Below, piece after piece: positions 1 through 8,887 of a stretch of DNA of 64,000 nucleotides. How positions within the stretch are numbered: the first letter of the stretch is position 1; every line of letters begins with the position of its first letter. A program made the position numbers and the translations under genes. This DNA comes from Candidatus Magasanikbacteria bacterium GW2011_GWA2_56_11 (GTDB lineage: Bacteria > Patescibacteriota > Patescibacteriia > Magasanikbacterales > UBA922): assembly GCA_001004885.1 (NCBI GenBank), contig LCRX01000004.1, positions 11,178-75,177 on the forward strand. The letters are read 5' to 3'. The notes beneath the pieces were generated by a model. The model saw only the letters and a program-made list of their open reading frames with translations, did not search any database and was not told where the DNA came from.

Positions 1-557
1 AACATGGTGATCATTCCTTGCTTTTCTTCGGCATACTTTTTTATTTCGTCGGCGCTGGCGCGGGAGTTGATAAGCGCCGTCAACTCCTTGTCTATCTCGA
101 GCACCTCGTAAATGCCGACGCGGCCTTTGTAACCGCTCGATTTGCAGCGCGAACAGCCGGCGCCGCGAAAGAAGCGGAGCGTTTCCAGGCTTTTTTCGCC
201 GGGTTCGAGCTTGATTCCGGCAGCGCCGTAAAGCGTGAGCAATTTTTTGGCGTCAAGCAGGCGGGAAAGTTCGGCGGTGGCCGATTTATCGAGAGGGTAC
301 TCCTGCTTGCAGTAGGCGCAGATTTTGCGCACCAGGCGTTGAGCAACGATAATATTGGCAGTAAAGGCAATCAGGAAGGCCGGAATATCCATGTCAGCCA
401 GCCGGGGGATGGTGGTGGGCGCGTCGTTGGTGTGCAGGGTCGAGAGCACCAAGTGCCCGGTCATGGCGGCGTGGATGGCAATTTCGGCCGTCTCTTGGTC
501 GCGGATTTCGCCGACCATGATGATGTCCGGATCCTGGCGCAAAAAGGCGCGCAGCCC
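1..557 (-). pseudogene. pilB: C-terminal part of the same PilB/GspE ATPase in a shifted frame ([20 protein letters not shown], His box [10 protein letters not shown], Cys tetrad CAYC...CSRC); runs off the window start
   Basis: Manual translation of minus-strand codons ending at 555-557. About 40 conserved codons between Walker A and the Asp box are missing, and the frame is offset by 1 nt in the C-run at 555-558. Confidence 0.6.
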
Positions 558-1584
558 CTAAAAGGGAGTAAAGAGTGGTGGTTTTGCCGCTGCCGGTGGG
601 GCCGGTAACAAGGACCATGCCGTGCGGTTTGGCGATGGCGCGCTCGACGATGGCCTTGGGACCGGGCAGAAAACCGAGTTCGTCCAAGGTGAGCGGTTTT
701 TGGCCTTCCTGCAAAACGCGCATGACGATTTTTTCGCCGTCATAGACCGGGATGATGGAAACGCGGAAGGACAGCTGTTCGTCGTGCAGTTTTATTTTGA
801 AGCGGCCGTCCTGCGGTATCATGTGCTCGTCAATTTTGAGATTGGCGAGAATTTTGAGGCGGGCGACAATGCCCTGGGCCACGCGCTCTGGCAGCTGCAT
901 GGCCTCGCGCAGGGCGCCGTCTACGCGGTAGCGCACGACAAGCGTGCTTTCCGTCGGCTCAATATGGATATCGCTCGCGCCTTCGTATATGGCGTGTTCG
1001 ATAACCGTATTGACGATGTTGACTGTCGGCGCTTCGGCGGCCAGTTTTTTGAGGTAGTCGGTGTCGCCGTGAGTAAGGCCTTCGGTAAGTTTGGTGATAA
1101 ATTTTTCGCCGGTGGTGTCGGTGTGGTAATTTTTTAGGCCCTCTTTGAGCTCGCGCGCCGCGGCCAGGTGGACTACCGGGGTGAGCCCGGTTTTGCGGCG
1201 CAGAAATTCGATGGTCTGGATGTCGGTAGGATCGGCCACGGCCACGAAAAGACCCTGGTCGTTTTTGTCGAAAGCGACAACTTGGTGGGTTTCGGCAAAT
1301 TCTCTGGGGATGGTGGTGAGGATTTCTTGCCTGATTTCTCTGTCTGACAAGCGAACCAGCGGAACGCCGAGGGCGGCCGCGGCTTTTTCGTAGAAAACGC
1401 CTTCCGGGACCAGGTTTTTGTCCACTACAACCGTCTCAAGCGGCAGACGCTCGGCGCGGGCGCTGGCAGCGGCCGACTCTATATCCGGCTCGGCCAGTTT
1501 GAATTCGGTCAGTAAAAGCGACCGCACGATATCGGTGGGAAGCATAGGAGGGGAATTGCAGGGGGTATAATAACACATCCGCAC
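394..1584 (-). CDS. pilB: Type II/IV secretion / type IV pilus assembly ATPase (PilB/GspE family), N-terminal two thirds incl. Walker A; frame breaks at ~556-560
   Basis: ORF track translation has the GspE N-domain and Walker A motif [20 protein letters not shown]. After LYSLL the frame continues as His/Arg/Pro-rich junk, which is atypical. Confidence 0.8.
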   Translation of the reverse strand: MRMCYYTPCNSPPMLPTDIVRSLLLTEFKLAEPDIESAAASARAERLPLETVVVDKNLVPEGVFYEKAAAALGVPLVRLSDREIRQEILTTIPREFAETHQVVAFDKNDQGLFVAVADPTDIQTIEFLRRKTGLTPVVHLAAARELKEGLKNYHTDTTGEKFITKLTEGLTHGDTDYLKKLAAEAPTVNIVNTVIEHAIYEGASDIHIEPTESTLVVRYRVDGALREAMQLPERVAQGIVARLKILANLKIDEHMIPQDGRFKIKLHDEQLSFRVSIIPVYDGEKIVMRVLQEGQKPLTLDELGFLPGPKAIVERAIAKPHGMVLVTGPTGSGKTTTLYSLLGAARLFAPGSGHHHGRRNPRPRDGRNCHPRRHDRALGALDPAHQRRAHHHPPAG

Positions 1585-1680
1585 TAATAAAAAAACCGCC
1601 GGAAACGCGGTGTGGTGGTCCGGAACGGCGGCCGCTCCCGTCGGCGCACAGGGCGCTGGGTGCGGCCGCCGGTCCGGCGG

Positions 1681-1839
1681 TCAGAGGACCAGGTAGACGA
1701 GCAGGCCGACGAGGGCCAGGAAAGCGAAGAAGCGCATGCTGTCGTTCCAGACGACGAGCTCCTCGGCCCGGTCCGGCTCGAACGCTCTGTGCCCCAGGTC
1801 GTAGGCCTCGGACAGGGAGAGAGTCTTGCTCCTGATCAT
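1681..1839 (-). CDS. Small (52 aa) protein with C-terminal TM helix (MIRSKTLSLSEAYDLGHRAFEPDRAEELVVWNDSMRFFAFLALVGLLVYLVL)
   Basis: Below the ORF track cutoff. A perfect AAGGAG RBS lies 5 nt upstream of the ATG (rc of 1840-1853), and codon usage matches the neighbours. Confidence 0.45.
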   Translation of the reverse strand: MIRSKTLSLSEAYDLGHRAFEPDRAEELVVWNDSMRFFAFLALVGLLVYLVL

Positions 1840-1991
1840 GGGACTCCTTTTCCAGCGCCTGGGCTGGTTTAAACATATTAAGCTAGGTTTATATTTTCGT
1901 CAAATTGGCGCTTAGTTTGCAAGCGTTAAAAAAGGGCTTTGTACACACCAGTTTACATCACGTACGGCTTTCTCTATACTTTAAGATATAG

Positions 1992-2154
1992 AAAACTCAC
2001 AGCGGGTCCCCCCCCCCCCTTTTTCGCCTCAACGTATCCTTATTTTCGCGGCACCAAAACTCGCTCTTGTGGGGTAAGACATTGGTGCCGCGAAAATCAG
2101 GATACGTTTCGGCCAAAATTAGAAGATAATTGCTAATAGCTCACTATTCAGTTT
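1992..2154 (+). repeat. Copy A of the ~155-nt nested-palindrome MITE/REP-like intergenic element (diverged copy with compensatory stem changes)
   Basis: Aligns to copies at 8682-8836(-), 19255-19410, 24559-24714, 32525-32680 and 59350-59447. Termini are GAACTCACAGCG... and ...AACTCACTATTCAGTT. Confidence 0.85.
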
Positions 2155-2169
2155 AAAAATATATTGACT

Positions 2170-2700
2170 ATGGTACCAAAATTTTTGGCTTTATTAAGCT
2201 TAATAATCATAATACCGGTATTGGCGCAGGCCCAAACCACGCCCGCGGTTACGACCACGCCGACCACCACTTATGAGCTGCCCACCACGACCGCGGCGGA
2301 TAGCGGCTCATTGTCCCCGACTACCGCGCCCGGACCGGTTATAGAGGACGACGGCGCTGGTGCGACAGTCGTGCCGGTAGGAACCCTGGTAGCAAAAGAC
2401 GACCCTTTTTCCCTGGATGAATTCGGCGACATCCTTAACCTGGGCGACGCCGAACTGCCGACGATTGTGGCGCGGCTGATCCGCGTTTTTTTGAGCCTGC
2501 TCGGCCTGGTGTTTTTTCTTATGATCCTTTATAGCGGCGTGCTTTGGCTGACTGCGGGCGGGGATGACGAGAAAGTGGGCAAAGCTCGGCGCACCCTCAT
2601 AAATGCGCTCATTGGACTAGTGATCATATTCGTCGCCAACAGCCTGGTGAGATTTCTTATCGACGCCCTGACCGAGGCGACGGGCGCAAACGGCGGATAA
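2170..2700 (+). CDS. Secreted Thr/Pro-rich protein with C-terminal TrbC/VirB2-like (T4SS-pilin-type) helix-loop-helix membrane domain
   Basis: Signal peptide MVPKFLALLSLIIIIPVLAQA, then a TTPTTT-rich linker. The C-terminus LIRVFLSLLGLVFFLMILYSGVLWLTAGGDDEKVGKARRTLINALIGLVIIF is shared with 12 other proteins in this window. Confidence 0.7.
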   Translation: MVPKFLALLSLIIIIPVLAQAQTTPAVTTTPTTTYELPTTTAADSGSLSPTTAPGPVIEDDGAGATVVPVGTLVAKDDPFSLDEFGDILNLGDAELPTIVARLIRVFLSLLGLVFFLMILYSGVLWLTAGGDDEKVGKARRTLINALIGLVIIFVANSLVRFLIDALTEATGANGG

Positions 2701-2721
2701 AGCCGGTTAACCGTAATAATT

Positions 2722-3105
2722 ATGGAATCGCTTATTTTCTTTCTTGGCCGGGTTATATTCGGCGGGTACTTCGTTATCAACGCGATCAACCACTTTACAA
2801 AAACCGACCGGCTAGTCGGGTACGCTGAGTCCAAAGGCGTGCGCCGGGCGCGGGCGGCGGTGCTCGGCGCCGGACTCTTGATTCTTGGCGGCGGGCTGGG
2901 AGTGATCTTCGGCGTCTATGTGGACTTGGCGGCCCTGGCCTTGGCGTTGTTTTTGTTGCCGGTATCATACCGGATGCACGCATTTTGGCGGGAAACGGGC
3001 GAGGCGCGGATGATTGACCAGATAAATTTTAACAAGAACATGGCCCTGCTGGGGGCGGCGCTGATGATGAGCTACATCAGTGAACCCTGGCCATGGAGTC
3101 TATAG
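2722..3105 (+). CDS. DoxX-family membrane protein
   Basis: 127 aa with 4 predicted TM helices and a DoxX-like GGYFVINAINHF...LGAGLLILGG pattern. Confidence 0.55.
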   Translation: MESLIFFLGRVIFGGYFVINAINHFTKTDRLVGYAESKGVRRARAAVLGAGLLILGGGLGVIFGVYVDLAALALALFLLPVSYRMHAFWRETGEARMIDQINFNKNMALLGAALMMSYISEPWPWSL

Positions 3106-3200
3106 CTTCTTGACGTTGTTTGGTCGGCAGAGAGGTAAAAGGGCAGTTTTGATTGACGCCCAAGTCGGCCAATGTTACGATACGTCCGTTATTTTCTTCT

Positions 3201-4061
3201 ATGGCGATAATCGGGGCACACGTGTCGGCCGCGGGGGGGCTCCACAATTGTTTCGCCAATGCCGAGGCGATCGGGGCCGAATGCCTGCAGATTTTTGGCG
3301 CTTCGCCGCGGCAGTGGACGGCCAATTTGCCAAGCGCCGCGGCGGTCAAACAGTTTAAGGCGGAGGAAAAACGTTCCGGGCTCGGACCGGTGTTTTTGCA
3401 TGCCGCTTATTTGGTCAATCTCGGGTCAAGTCTTTCTGAATTGCGTTCGAAATCAGTCGCCAGCCTGGCGTCGCACCTGAAAATCGTCGAGCTCATCGGC
3501 GCCCGGGGGCTGATTTTCCATATCGGTTCGGCCGGCAAGGGGAGCCGCCGCGAGGCGATCGAGCTGGTCGCCCATGGCATGAAATCGGTGCTCGACCGGG
3601 TGCCCGGCAAGGCGCAGCTGATAATGGAGAACGGCGCCGGCGGAGGCGGGAAACTCGGCGCGACGCCGGAGGAGATCGGAGAAATTTTCCGGCTGGTGAA
3701 AAACAAGCGGGTAAAGGTCTGCCTCGACACCCAGCACGCGTTTGCCGCCGGAGTTTTGGCTTCTTACAGCCCGGAGGAGATCAGGGCGACAGTGAAGCGT
3801 TTTGATGACGCTCTCGGCTGGGAGAATGTCGTCGCTCTGCACGCCAACGATTCGCAGAGCCGGTCCGGGTCGTTCCATGACCGGCACGAGAATATCGGCG
3901 AAGGATATATCGGGTTAGGGGGATTCAGAAATTTGGCCGCCGACCCGGACATAAACGGGCGGCCGTGGATTCTCGAGGTGCCGGGGTTTGCCAATGACGG
4001 GCCGGACGCTAGAAACGTAGCGATATTGAAGAAAATTTTTGGGCAGGCGGCCGCGGTCTAA
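3201..4061 (+). CDS. nfo: Endonuclease IV (deoxyribonuclease IV, AP endonuclease)
   Basis: Motifs HAAYLVNLGS, IFHIGS, IMENGAGGG, LDTQHAFAAG, LHANDS and HENIGEGYIG match the Nfo TIM-barrel metal sites. The ORF track starts at 3153; Met17 at 3201 fits Nfo N-termini better. Confidence 0.85.
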   Translation: MAIIGAHVSAAGGLHNCFANAEAIGAECLQIFGASPRQWTANLPSAAAVKQFKAEEKRSGLGPVFLHAAYLVNLGSSLSELRSKSVASLASHLKIVELIGARGLIFHIGSAGKGSRREAIELVAHGMKSVLDRVPGKAQLIMENGAGGGGKLGATPEEIGEIFRLVKNKRVKVCLDTQHAFAAGVLASYSPEEIRATVKRFDDALGWENVVALHANDSQSRSGSFHDRHENIGEGYIGLGGFRNLAADPDINGRPWILEVPGFANDGPDARNVAILKKIFGQAAAV

Positions 4062-4125
4062 GTTTGTGTTTGACAGACGAACAGAAACATGCCAGGATAC
4101 GTGAAACTTGGTTGGGAGGCAGAGC

Positions 4126-4308
4126 ATGCGGGAGGAAGTTTCCCTTGGGCCCACGACGGCAAACGAGTATCAACGCGCCAAGGAGGCGCTGGCGCAGTGG
4201 CGCGCCGAGCATCCCGGAAGCCGTGTAACCACTGCGGAAATCGAGCGCCGGGTTCGGACCCTGCCCTCGGGCCGGGTACAGTTCAGCTTCCTGGTGGTGC
4301 AATACTAG
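4126..4308 (+). CDS. Small hypothetical protein (60 aa)
   Basis: GGGAGG SD sits 6 nt upstream of the ATG at 4126. A hairpin plus T-run terminator follows at 4388-4415. Confidence 0.4.
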   Translation: MREEVSLGPTTANEYQRAKEALAQWRAEHPGSRVTTAEIERRVRTLPSGRVQFSFLVVQY

Positions 4309-4387
4309 CCCGCCATCACCGTTTTCGCCGCCGTCCGCCCCTCCAAGGAGGCGGGGCCAGCACCATGCCCCGATACTTCTTATTATC

Positions 4388-4415
4388 GCCGCCCGACCGG
4401 GCGGATTTTTATTGG
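4388..4415 (+). terminator. Rho-independent terminator (CCGCCCGACCGGGCGG + ATTTTTATT)
   Basis: GC stem-loop followed by a T-run, downstream of the nfo/small-ORF unit. Confidence 0.5.
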
Positions 4416-4581
4416 ATAAAGTTGCCGCTGGCGGCGTCCGGAAGCAACTGGTAACTGGGGTGAGACCGGCGCGGCGTTGGTGTTTTCATGTTATACTGGC
4501 CGCAGCCAGATAAAAGTTTCCGCGGCTTTCATTCGCGCGCCGGTCTGAACCCGGTCGGTATTAATAATCGACACTCCATTT

Positions 4582-5145
4582 ATGAACGGTCTAGAAATGG
4601 GTTTGGTGGCGGTGGCGCTATCGCTGGATTCATTTGCCGTGGCGCTGTCCGCCAGCGCGGCCAGCCGGCGGGCGCCGGTTCTTCGCTTGGGACTGCTGGT
4701 TATCACTTTTGCTGCCACGCAGACCGGGCTCGCTTTTGCCGGCTGGCGATTGGGCGAGGGGATGGCTGTTTGGTTTGAACGGTTCGGGCCCTGGCTGGCG
4801 TTTGCCCTGCTGGCGGGAGTGGGGATGAAAATGATCCATGAATCGCTGACCAGCGGCCGGAAAGAGAAAAAGCCTCCGCGTGATTATTTGAAATTCACGG
4901 TGATAATTCTTCTGGCTTTGGCCACGAGCATTGACGCCTTTGCTGTTGGCATATCCTTGGCCCTGGTCGAGGCGTCGCGGGCGCTCTCACTTGTGGCCAT
5001 CGGCACGGCTACCGCGGTATTAGCCGGCGCCGGCGCCGGTTTGGGGCGGCGGTTCGGATCGGTTTTCGGCGACCGGGCGGGTGTTGCCGGGGGTTTGGTG
5101 ATTGTCGGGATCGGGGTGAAAATGCTGTTGCTTCATTTGTTTTAG
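4582..5145 (+). CDS. mntP: Manganese efflux pump MntP (DUF204 tandem repeat)
   Basis: Two DUF204 halves with LSLDSFAVALS / TSIDAFAVGISLA motifs and six TM segments. Confidence 0.8.
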   Translation: MNGLEMGLVAVALSLDSFAVALSASAASRRAPVLRLGLLVITFAATQTGLAFAGWRLGEGMAVWFERFGPWLAFALLAGVGMKMIHESLTSGRKEKKPPRDYLKFTVIILLALATSIDAFAVGISLALVEASRALSLVAIGTATAVLAGAGAGLGRRFGSVFGDRAGVAGGLVIVGIGVKMLLLHLF

Positions 5146-5454
5146 TTCCAGGACGCCGACTATACGATGCCTAAATGGTGGTGGAGGAGGGCGGCAAGGT
5201 ATTAGGCGATCTTTTTCCTCATCAGCTTTCTTTTTGGATCCCTTTTACTTCTCCTTTCCTTGGGGATGCCAGCCTTATTCTCCGCCGCGGCTTTTATGGC
5301 CGACGGGCCTTTGAACACTGTGGGATCGAAGCAGGGGAGACCGAAAGTATGCACCCTCGGTCTTTTCCGCGCTGTTTTTTTCATCCTTGTCTCTTTTCTG
5401 CCGCCCTCCACTTTTGCCTGGTAATTAACAGGCAAAAGCGGAGGGTACGAGGTT

Positions 5455-6180
5455 TTAGCCCTCGCCTAAAAATATCTCCTTGAGAATGGGATTATTTATC
5501 TGGTTGTTTTTTCCTTCATAAGCCACCTGGCCTTGTTTTAGGATATATACCCGGTCGGCAATGGACATGGCTGACCGGATGTTATGTTCCACCAACAACA
5601 CGGCTGTTGCGAAGCGGTTATTAATTTCTTTGATCTGGGCAAAAACTTCTTTGATTATTTTTGGTGCCAGTCCGATAGACGGTTCATCCAAGAGCAACAG
5701 CCGCGGCCGCGTCATTAGTCCCCGGCCGATGGCCAGTATTTGCTGCTCGCCGCCGGAGAGCCGCCGGGCTGGAGTTTTTCGATTTTCTTTCAGAATAGGG
5801 AACAGGGAGATGATGTCCGCAATTCGCTGTTTTTTTTCTTGTTTGTTTTTAAGGCTTAGGCCGCCTATTTCCAGGTTTTCTTCCACTGTCAGCCCTCCGA
5901 AGACCGCCTTGCCCTGCGGGACGTAAACTGCACCGCGCGAAAGCATCTCGTCCGGACGGGGGCGGACACGATTTTTCTGCCAGTGAACGCTCCCCCCCGA
6001 AACAGGGACCAAACCGAAGATGGCTTTCAAGACCGTGGATTTACCGGCCCCGTTCGGCCCCATGAGGGCGACTATTTCGCCGCGGTTGACATATAAATCA
6101 AGGCCGTCGATTACCCTGAGTTTTTTATAATCAACGCATAGGTCGCGCAATTGTATGAGGGAGCGGTTTCGTTTCGACAT
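5455..6180 (-). CDS. livF: Branched-chain amino acid ABC transporter ATP-binding protein LivF
   Basis: Walker A GPNGAGKST and signature LSGGEQQ. Last gene of the liv operon. Confidence 0.85.
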   Translation of the reverse strand: MSKRNRSLIQLRDLCVDYKKLRVIDGLDLYVNRGEIVALMGPNGAGKSTVLKAIFGLVPVSGGSVHWQKNRVRPRPDEMLSRGAVYVPQGKAVFGGLTVEENLEIGGLSLKNKQEKKQRIADIISLFPILKENRKTPARRLSGGEQQILAIGRGLMTRPRLLLLDEPSIGLAPKIIKEVFAQIKEINNRFATAVLLVEHNIRSAMSIADRVYILKQGQVAYEGKNNQINNPILKEIFLGEG

Positions 6181-6216
6181 AGAGATTGATCCGGAATTAT
6201 TTTTACCTCGGGGGTT

Positions 6217-6948
6217 TTAATTCCCCAAGTACGCTGCTAGTACTTCCGGGCGGCTTAAGGTCTCGCCGGGCGGCCCGCCGGCTATGAGTTTGCCCCGGTC
6301 GAGAACATAGACGACGTCGCACAGCTCGCGGATTATTTTCAGGTTATGCTCTACGAGCATCACAGTCCGTCCGTCGGCGCGCGTTTTTTTCAACAGGGCG
6401 CTCACTTTGACGATTATTTCGGGAAACAGGCCGGCAAACGGCTCATCGAGCAGGATGATGTCTGCCGGAGCCGCCAAAACACGCGTTATCTCCAATAATT
6501 TGCGCTGGCCGTATGACAGCTCCCCGGCCGGCTTATAGGCCCAGTCTGCCAGTCCGGCTGCGCGCAAAATTTCGTTCGCCCGAAGGGCGAGGTTTTTTTC
6601 TGTCCGTCTGCTCAAAGAGCGGAAAAAACTTTTTTCGGACAAAGCCAGCAGAATGTTGTCGATCGTTGTCATTTGGTTGAACAGCCGGACACCTTGGAAG
6701 GTGCGCGCGATGCCGTAGCTGGCAATCCGGTGGGGGTTGACGTCCGCGAGGGCGCGGCCTTTAACTTTTATTTTGCCTTGGTCGCTTTTGCATATTCCCG
6801 ACAACAAATTCAGCAAAGTGCTTTTGCCCGAGCCGTTGGGCCCGATTATGCCGGTGATATTTCCGGCGGGCAGGGAAAGAGTCAAATTATCCACCGCTTT
6901 GACGGCAAAAATTTTTTTGGTGAGATCTTTTGTCTCGAGCGCGGCCAT
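6217..6948 (-). CDS. livG: Branched-chain amino acid ABC transporter ATP-binding protein LivG
   Basis: Walker A GPNGSGKST and LSYGQRKLLEI signature. Confidence 0.85.
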   Translation of the reverse strand: MAALETKDLTKKIFAVKAVDNLTLSLPAGNITGIIGPNGSGKSTLLNLLSGICKSDQGKIKVKGRALADVNPHRIASYGIARTFQGVRLFNQMTTIDNILLALSEKSFFRSLSRRTEKNLALRANEILRAAGLADWAYKPAGELSYGQRKLLEITRVLAAPADIILLDEPFAGLFPEIIVKVSALLKKTRADGRTVMLVEHNLKIIRELCDVVYVLDRGKLIAGGPPGETLSRPEVLAAYLGN

Positions 6949-6949
6949 A

Positions 6950-7816
6950 CTAAATTTTATATTTACCCAAAAAACCTTGCGGCCGGAAAAACATCATCAA
7001 TATCAGCGCGGCGCCGTATATGATCTGCCGCAGATTGTCGGCCATGACCGCGGGCAGGCCCAGAAAACGCAGGCTTTCCGGCAAGGTTACCAGGATGGTG
7101 GCGCCCAGAAGCGAACCTTTGAGATCGGCCAGGCCGCCCAAAATTACCATCACTAAAATTAGTATTGATTCATTGATGTCAAACGAAGACGGGCTGACAT
7201 AGGTAACATAGGCAGCCAGTATCGAACCGGCAATAGCGGCCACGCCGCCGCTCACGGCAAGAGCAACGGTCTTAAAAAGGGTTGTGTTGTAGCCAAGCGT
7301 TGCCACGACTTCTTCATCTTCGCGTCCGGCCCGGAGTATGCGTCCGAACGGGGCGCTGGTAATATAGGCCAGTAAAGCGTAGACCAGGACGCAAATGAGA
7401 AACGCCAACAGGAAAACGGACAAGTGGCTGCGTAAAATATTATCTAAAATTGCCGGAGGGGGGATGCCGGCGATGCCGAGCGCCCCGCCGGTGATATTAT
7501 TCAAGTTGTTAAAGACGCTCGACATGATGATGACAAAACCCAAAGACGCGAGCAGGTAGTATTCGCCCTGTAAACGGTTCAAAACCAAGCCGATGACCAG
7601 AGCGCCGGCGGCGGCGATGGCGGCGCCAAAGAGCATCGAAGCGAAAAAGCCGGTATGATAATTTGCGGTCAAAATAGCGGTGGCATAGGCTCCGGTGCCG
7701 TAAAAAGCGGCGTGGGAAAGCGAATACCGTCCGCAGTACCCCACTACCAAATTTAAGCTGAGGCTGAGGATGCAGTAGATGGCGGCCATTATTCCCACGT
7801 GGGCCAGGTATTCCAT
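6950..7816 (-). CDS. livM: Branched-chain amino acid ABC permease LivM
   Basis: Polytopic permease of the BPD_transp_2 type, adjacent to livG and livH. Confidence 0.8.
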   Translation of the reverse strand: MEYLAHVGIMAAIYCILSLSLNLVVGYCGRYSLSHAAFYGTGAYATAILTANYHTGFFASMLFGAAIAAAGALVIGLVLNRLQGEYYLLASLGFVIIMSSVFNNLNNITGGALGIAGIPPPAILDNILRSHLSVFLLAFLICVLVYALLAYITSAPFGRILRAGREDEEVVATLGYNTTLFKTVALAVSGGVAAIAGSILAAYVTYVSPSSFDINESILILVMVILGGLADLKGSLLGATILVTLPESLRFLGLPAVMADNLRQIIYGAALILMMFFRPQGFLGKYKI

Positions 7817-7817
7817 A

Positions 7818-8675
7818 TTATTTCAGCGCACCTTCCGGCCGCAGCCGCAAAAAAATAATTAACAGGATAAACGTAATGGCCGGCTTCCATTCTCCGCCGA
7901 TCAGCCAGGCCCCCAGGTTTTCCGTCAGGCCCAAGACAACAGAGCCGACCAAAACGCCACCGAAACTGCCGAGCCCGCCGACGATCGCCCCGACAGTGCC
8001 TCCCATAAGCAGGTTGGTGCCCATGGCCGGCTTGAGTCCGGTGTCGAATCCGACTAAAATTCCGGCCAAACCGGCCAGTACGGAGCCGGCAAAAAAGGCC
8101 CGGCCGGCAATGGTTTCGGTTTTGATTCCCGCCGCCGCCGCCATTTCTTCGTTGTCGTTTAGCGCCCGCAGCTTTTTGCCCGCTCCGGTGAACCGGTATA
8201 CCGCGGCTAGGCCGAGAAAAATAAATCCGGACAAAACGACCATCAGGAGTTGCGGGCGCGTGACAATCGCCCCGGGCAAAATTAGACTTGATACGGTGGA
8301 ATAATTGCGGTAAAGCACCTGGAATTGGTTGGTGAAAAGCAGGGCGAGCGCCGATTGGAGCAGCACCATGAGGCCTAGGCTGGCGACCATAACAACTCCG
8401 GGCGACGAACCCCGGTGTTTCATGGGCTGAAAGATAATTTTATATGAGACTAACCCCAGCAGGCCGGCCGTTACAAGGGCTAGCCCGACTCCCACGCCGA
8501 CAGGTAAATGCCGCGTCCGGCTGAAGTACAGGACAGCGTAACCGGCGACCGTCGCCATTGAGCCGTGGGAGAAGTTAAAGAATCTGGTTGTTTTGTATTG
8601 CAAATAGAATCCCATGGCCATGAGAGCGTAGATTGAGCCCGAGATTAGGCTGTCGGCCGCTATTTGCCCTAACAT
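7818..8675 (-). CDS. livH: Branched-chain amino acid ABC permease LivH
   Basis: Polytopic BPD_transp_2 permease whose start codon immediately follows repeat copy B. Confidence 0.8.
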   Translation of the reverse strand: MLGQIAADSLISGSIYALMAMGFYLQYKTTRFFNFSHGSMATVAGYAVLYFSRTRHLPVGVGVGLALVTAGLLGLVSYKIIFQPMKHRGSSPGVVMVASLGLMVLLQSALALLFTNQFQVLYRNYSTVSSLILPGAIVTRPQLLMVVLSGFIFLGLAAVYRFTGAGKKLRALNDNEEMAAAAGIKTETIAGRAFFAGSVLAGLAGILVGFDTGLKPAMGTNLLMGGTVGAIVGGLGSFGGVLVGSVVLGLTENLGAWLIGGEWKPAITFILLIIFLRLRPEGALK

Positions 8676-8681
8676 ACAACG

Positions 8682-8836
8682 AACTGGTAGCGAGTTATCA
8701 GCAATTCTATCCTAAGTCGAGCCGAAACAGAGACTGATTTTTACGGCACCAATGTCTGAGCCTGTAAGAGCGAGTTTTGGTGCCGTGAAAATCAGTCTCT
8801 GTTTGAGGCGAAAAGGGAGAAACTCGCTGTGAGTTC
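8682..8836 (-). repeat. Copy B (reverse orientation) of the MITE/REP-like element, between livJ and livH
   Basis: The reverse complement aligns full-length to copies C and E. It is co-oriented with the minus-strand liv operon. Confidence 0.85.
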
Positions 8837-8844
8837 AACCTGAT

Positions 8845-8879
8845 TTTAGAGACAAAATATCCCGGGATGGCCGGGATAT
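8845..8879 (-). terminator. Rho-independent terminator/attenuator after livJ (ATATCCCGG-CCATC-CCGGGATAT + TTTGTCTCT on minus strand)
   Basis: Perfect 9-bp stem followed by a T-rich tract on the minus strand. Confidence 0.5.
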
Positions 8880-8887
8880 TTTGGTTC

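Noticed and set aside
1939-2136. ORFs translated across repeat copies (1939-2136, 24508-24882, the N-terminal 35 codons of the 32594 ORF, 19387-19419)
   Set aside because: They lie entirely or mostly inside the MITE/REP-like element, and the same peptide (HWCR[KE]NQ…FRLDLG) recurs at each copy. They are artefacts of the repeat's sequence, not conserved proteins.
4062-4125. Possible promoter TTGACA (4070-4075) upstream of the small ORF at 4126
   Set aside because: The -35 is perfect, but no acceptable -10 lies at 16-19 nt spacing, so it is not reported as a feature.
5202-5384. Small basic ORF (MKKTARKRPRVHTFGLPCFDPTVFKG…) on the minus strand downstream of livF
   Set aside because: It could be a real small basic protein (weak AAGGATG SD) but has no recognisable family and overlaps a hairpin. 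Too uncertain to list as a feature.
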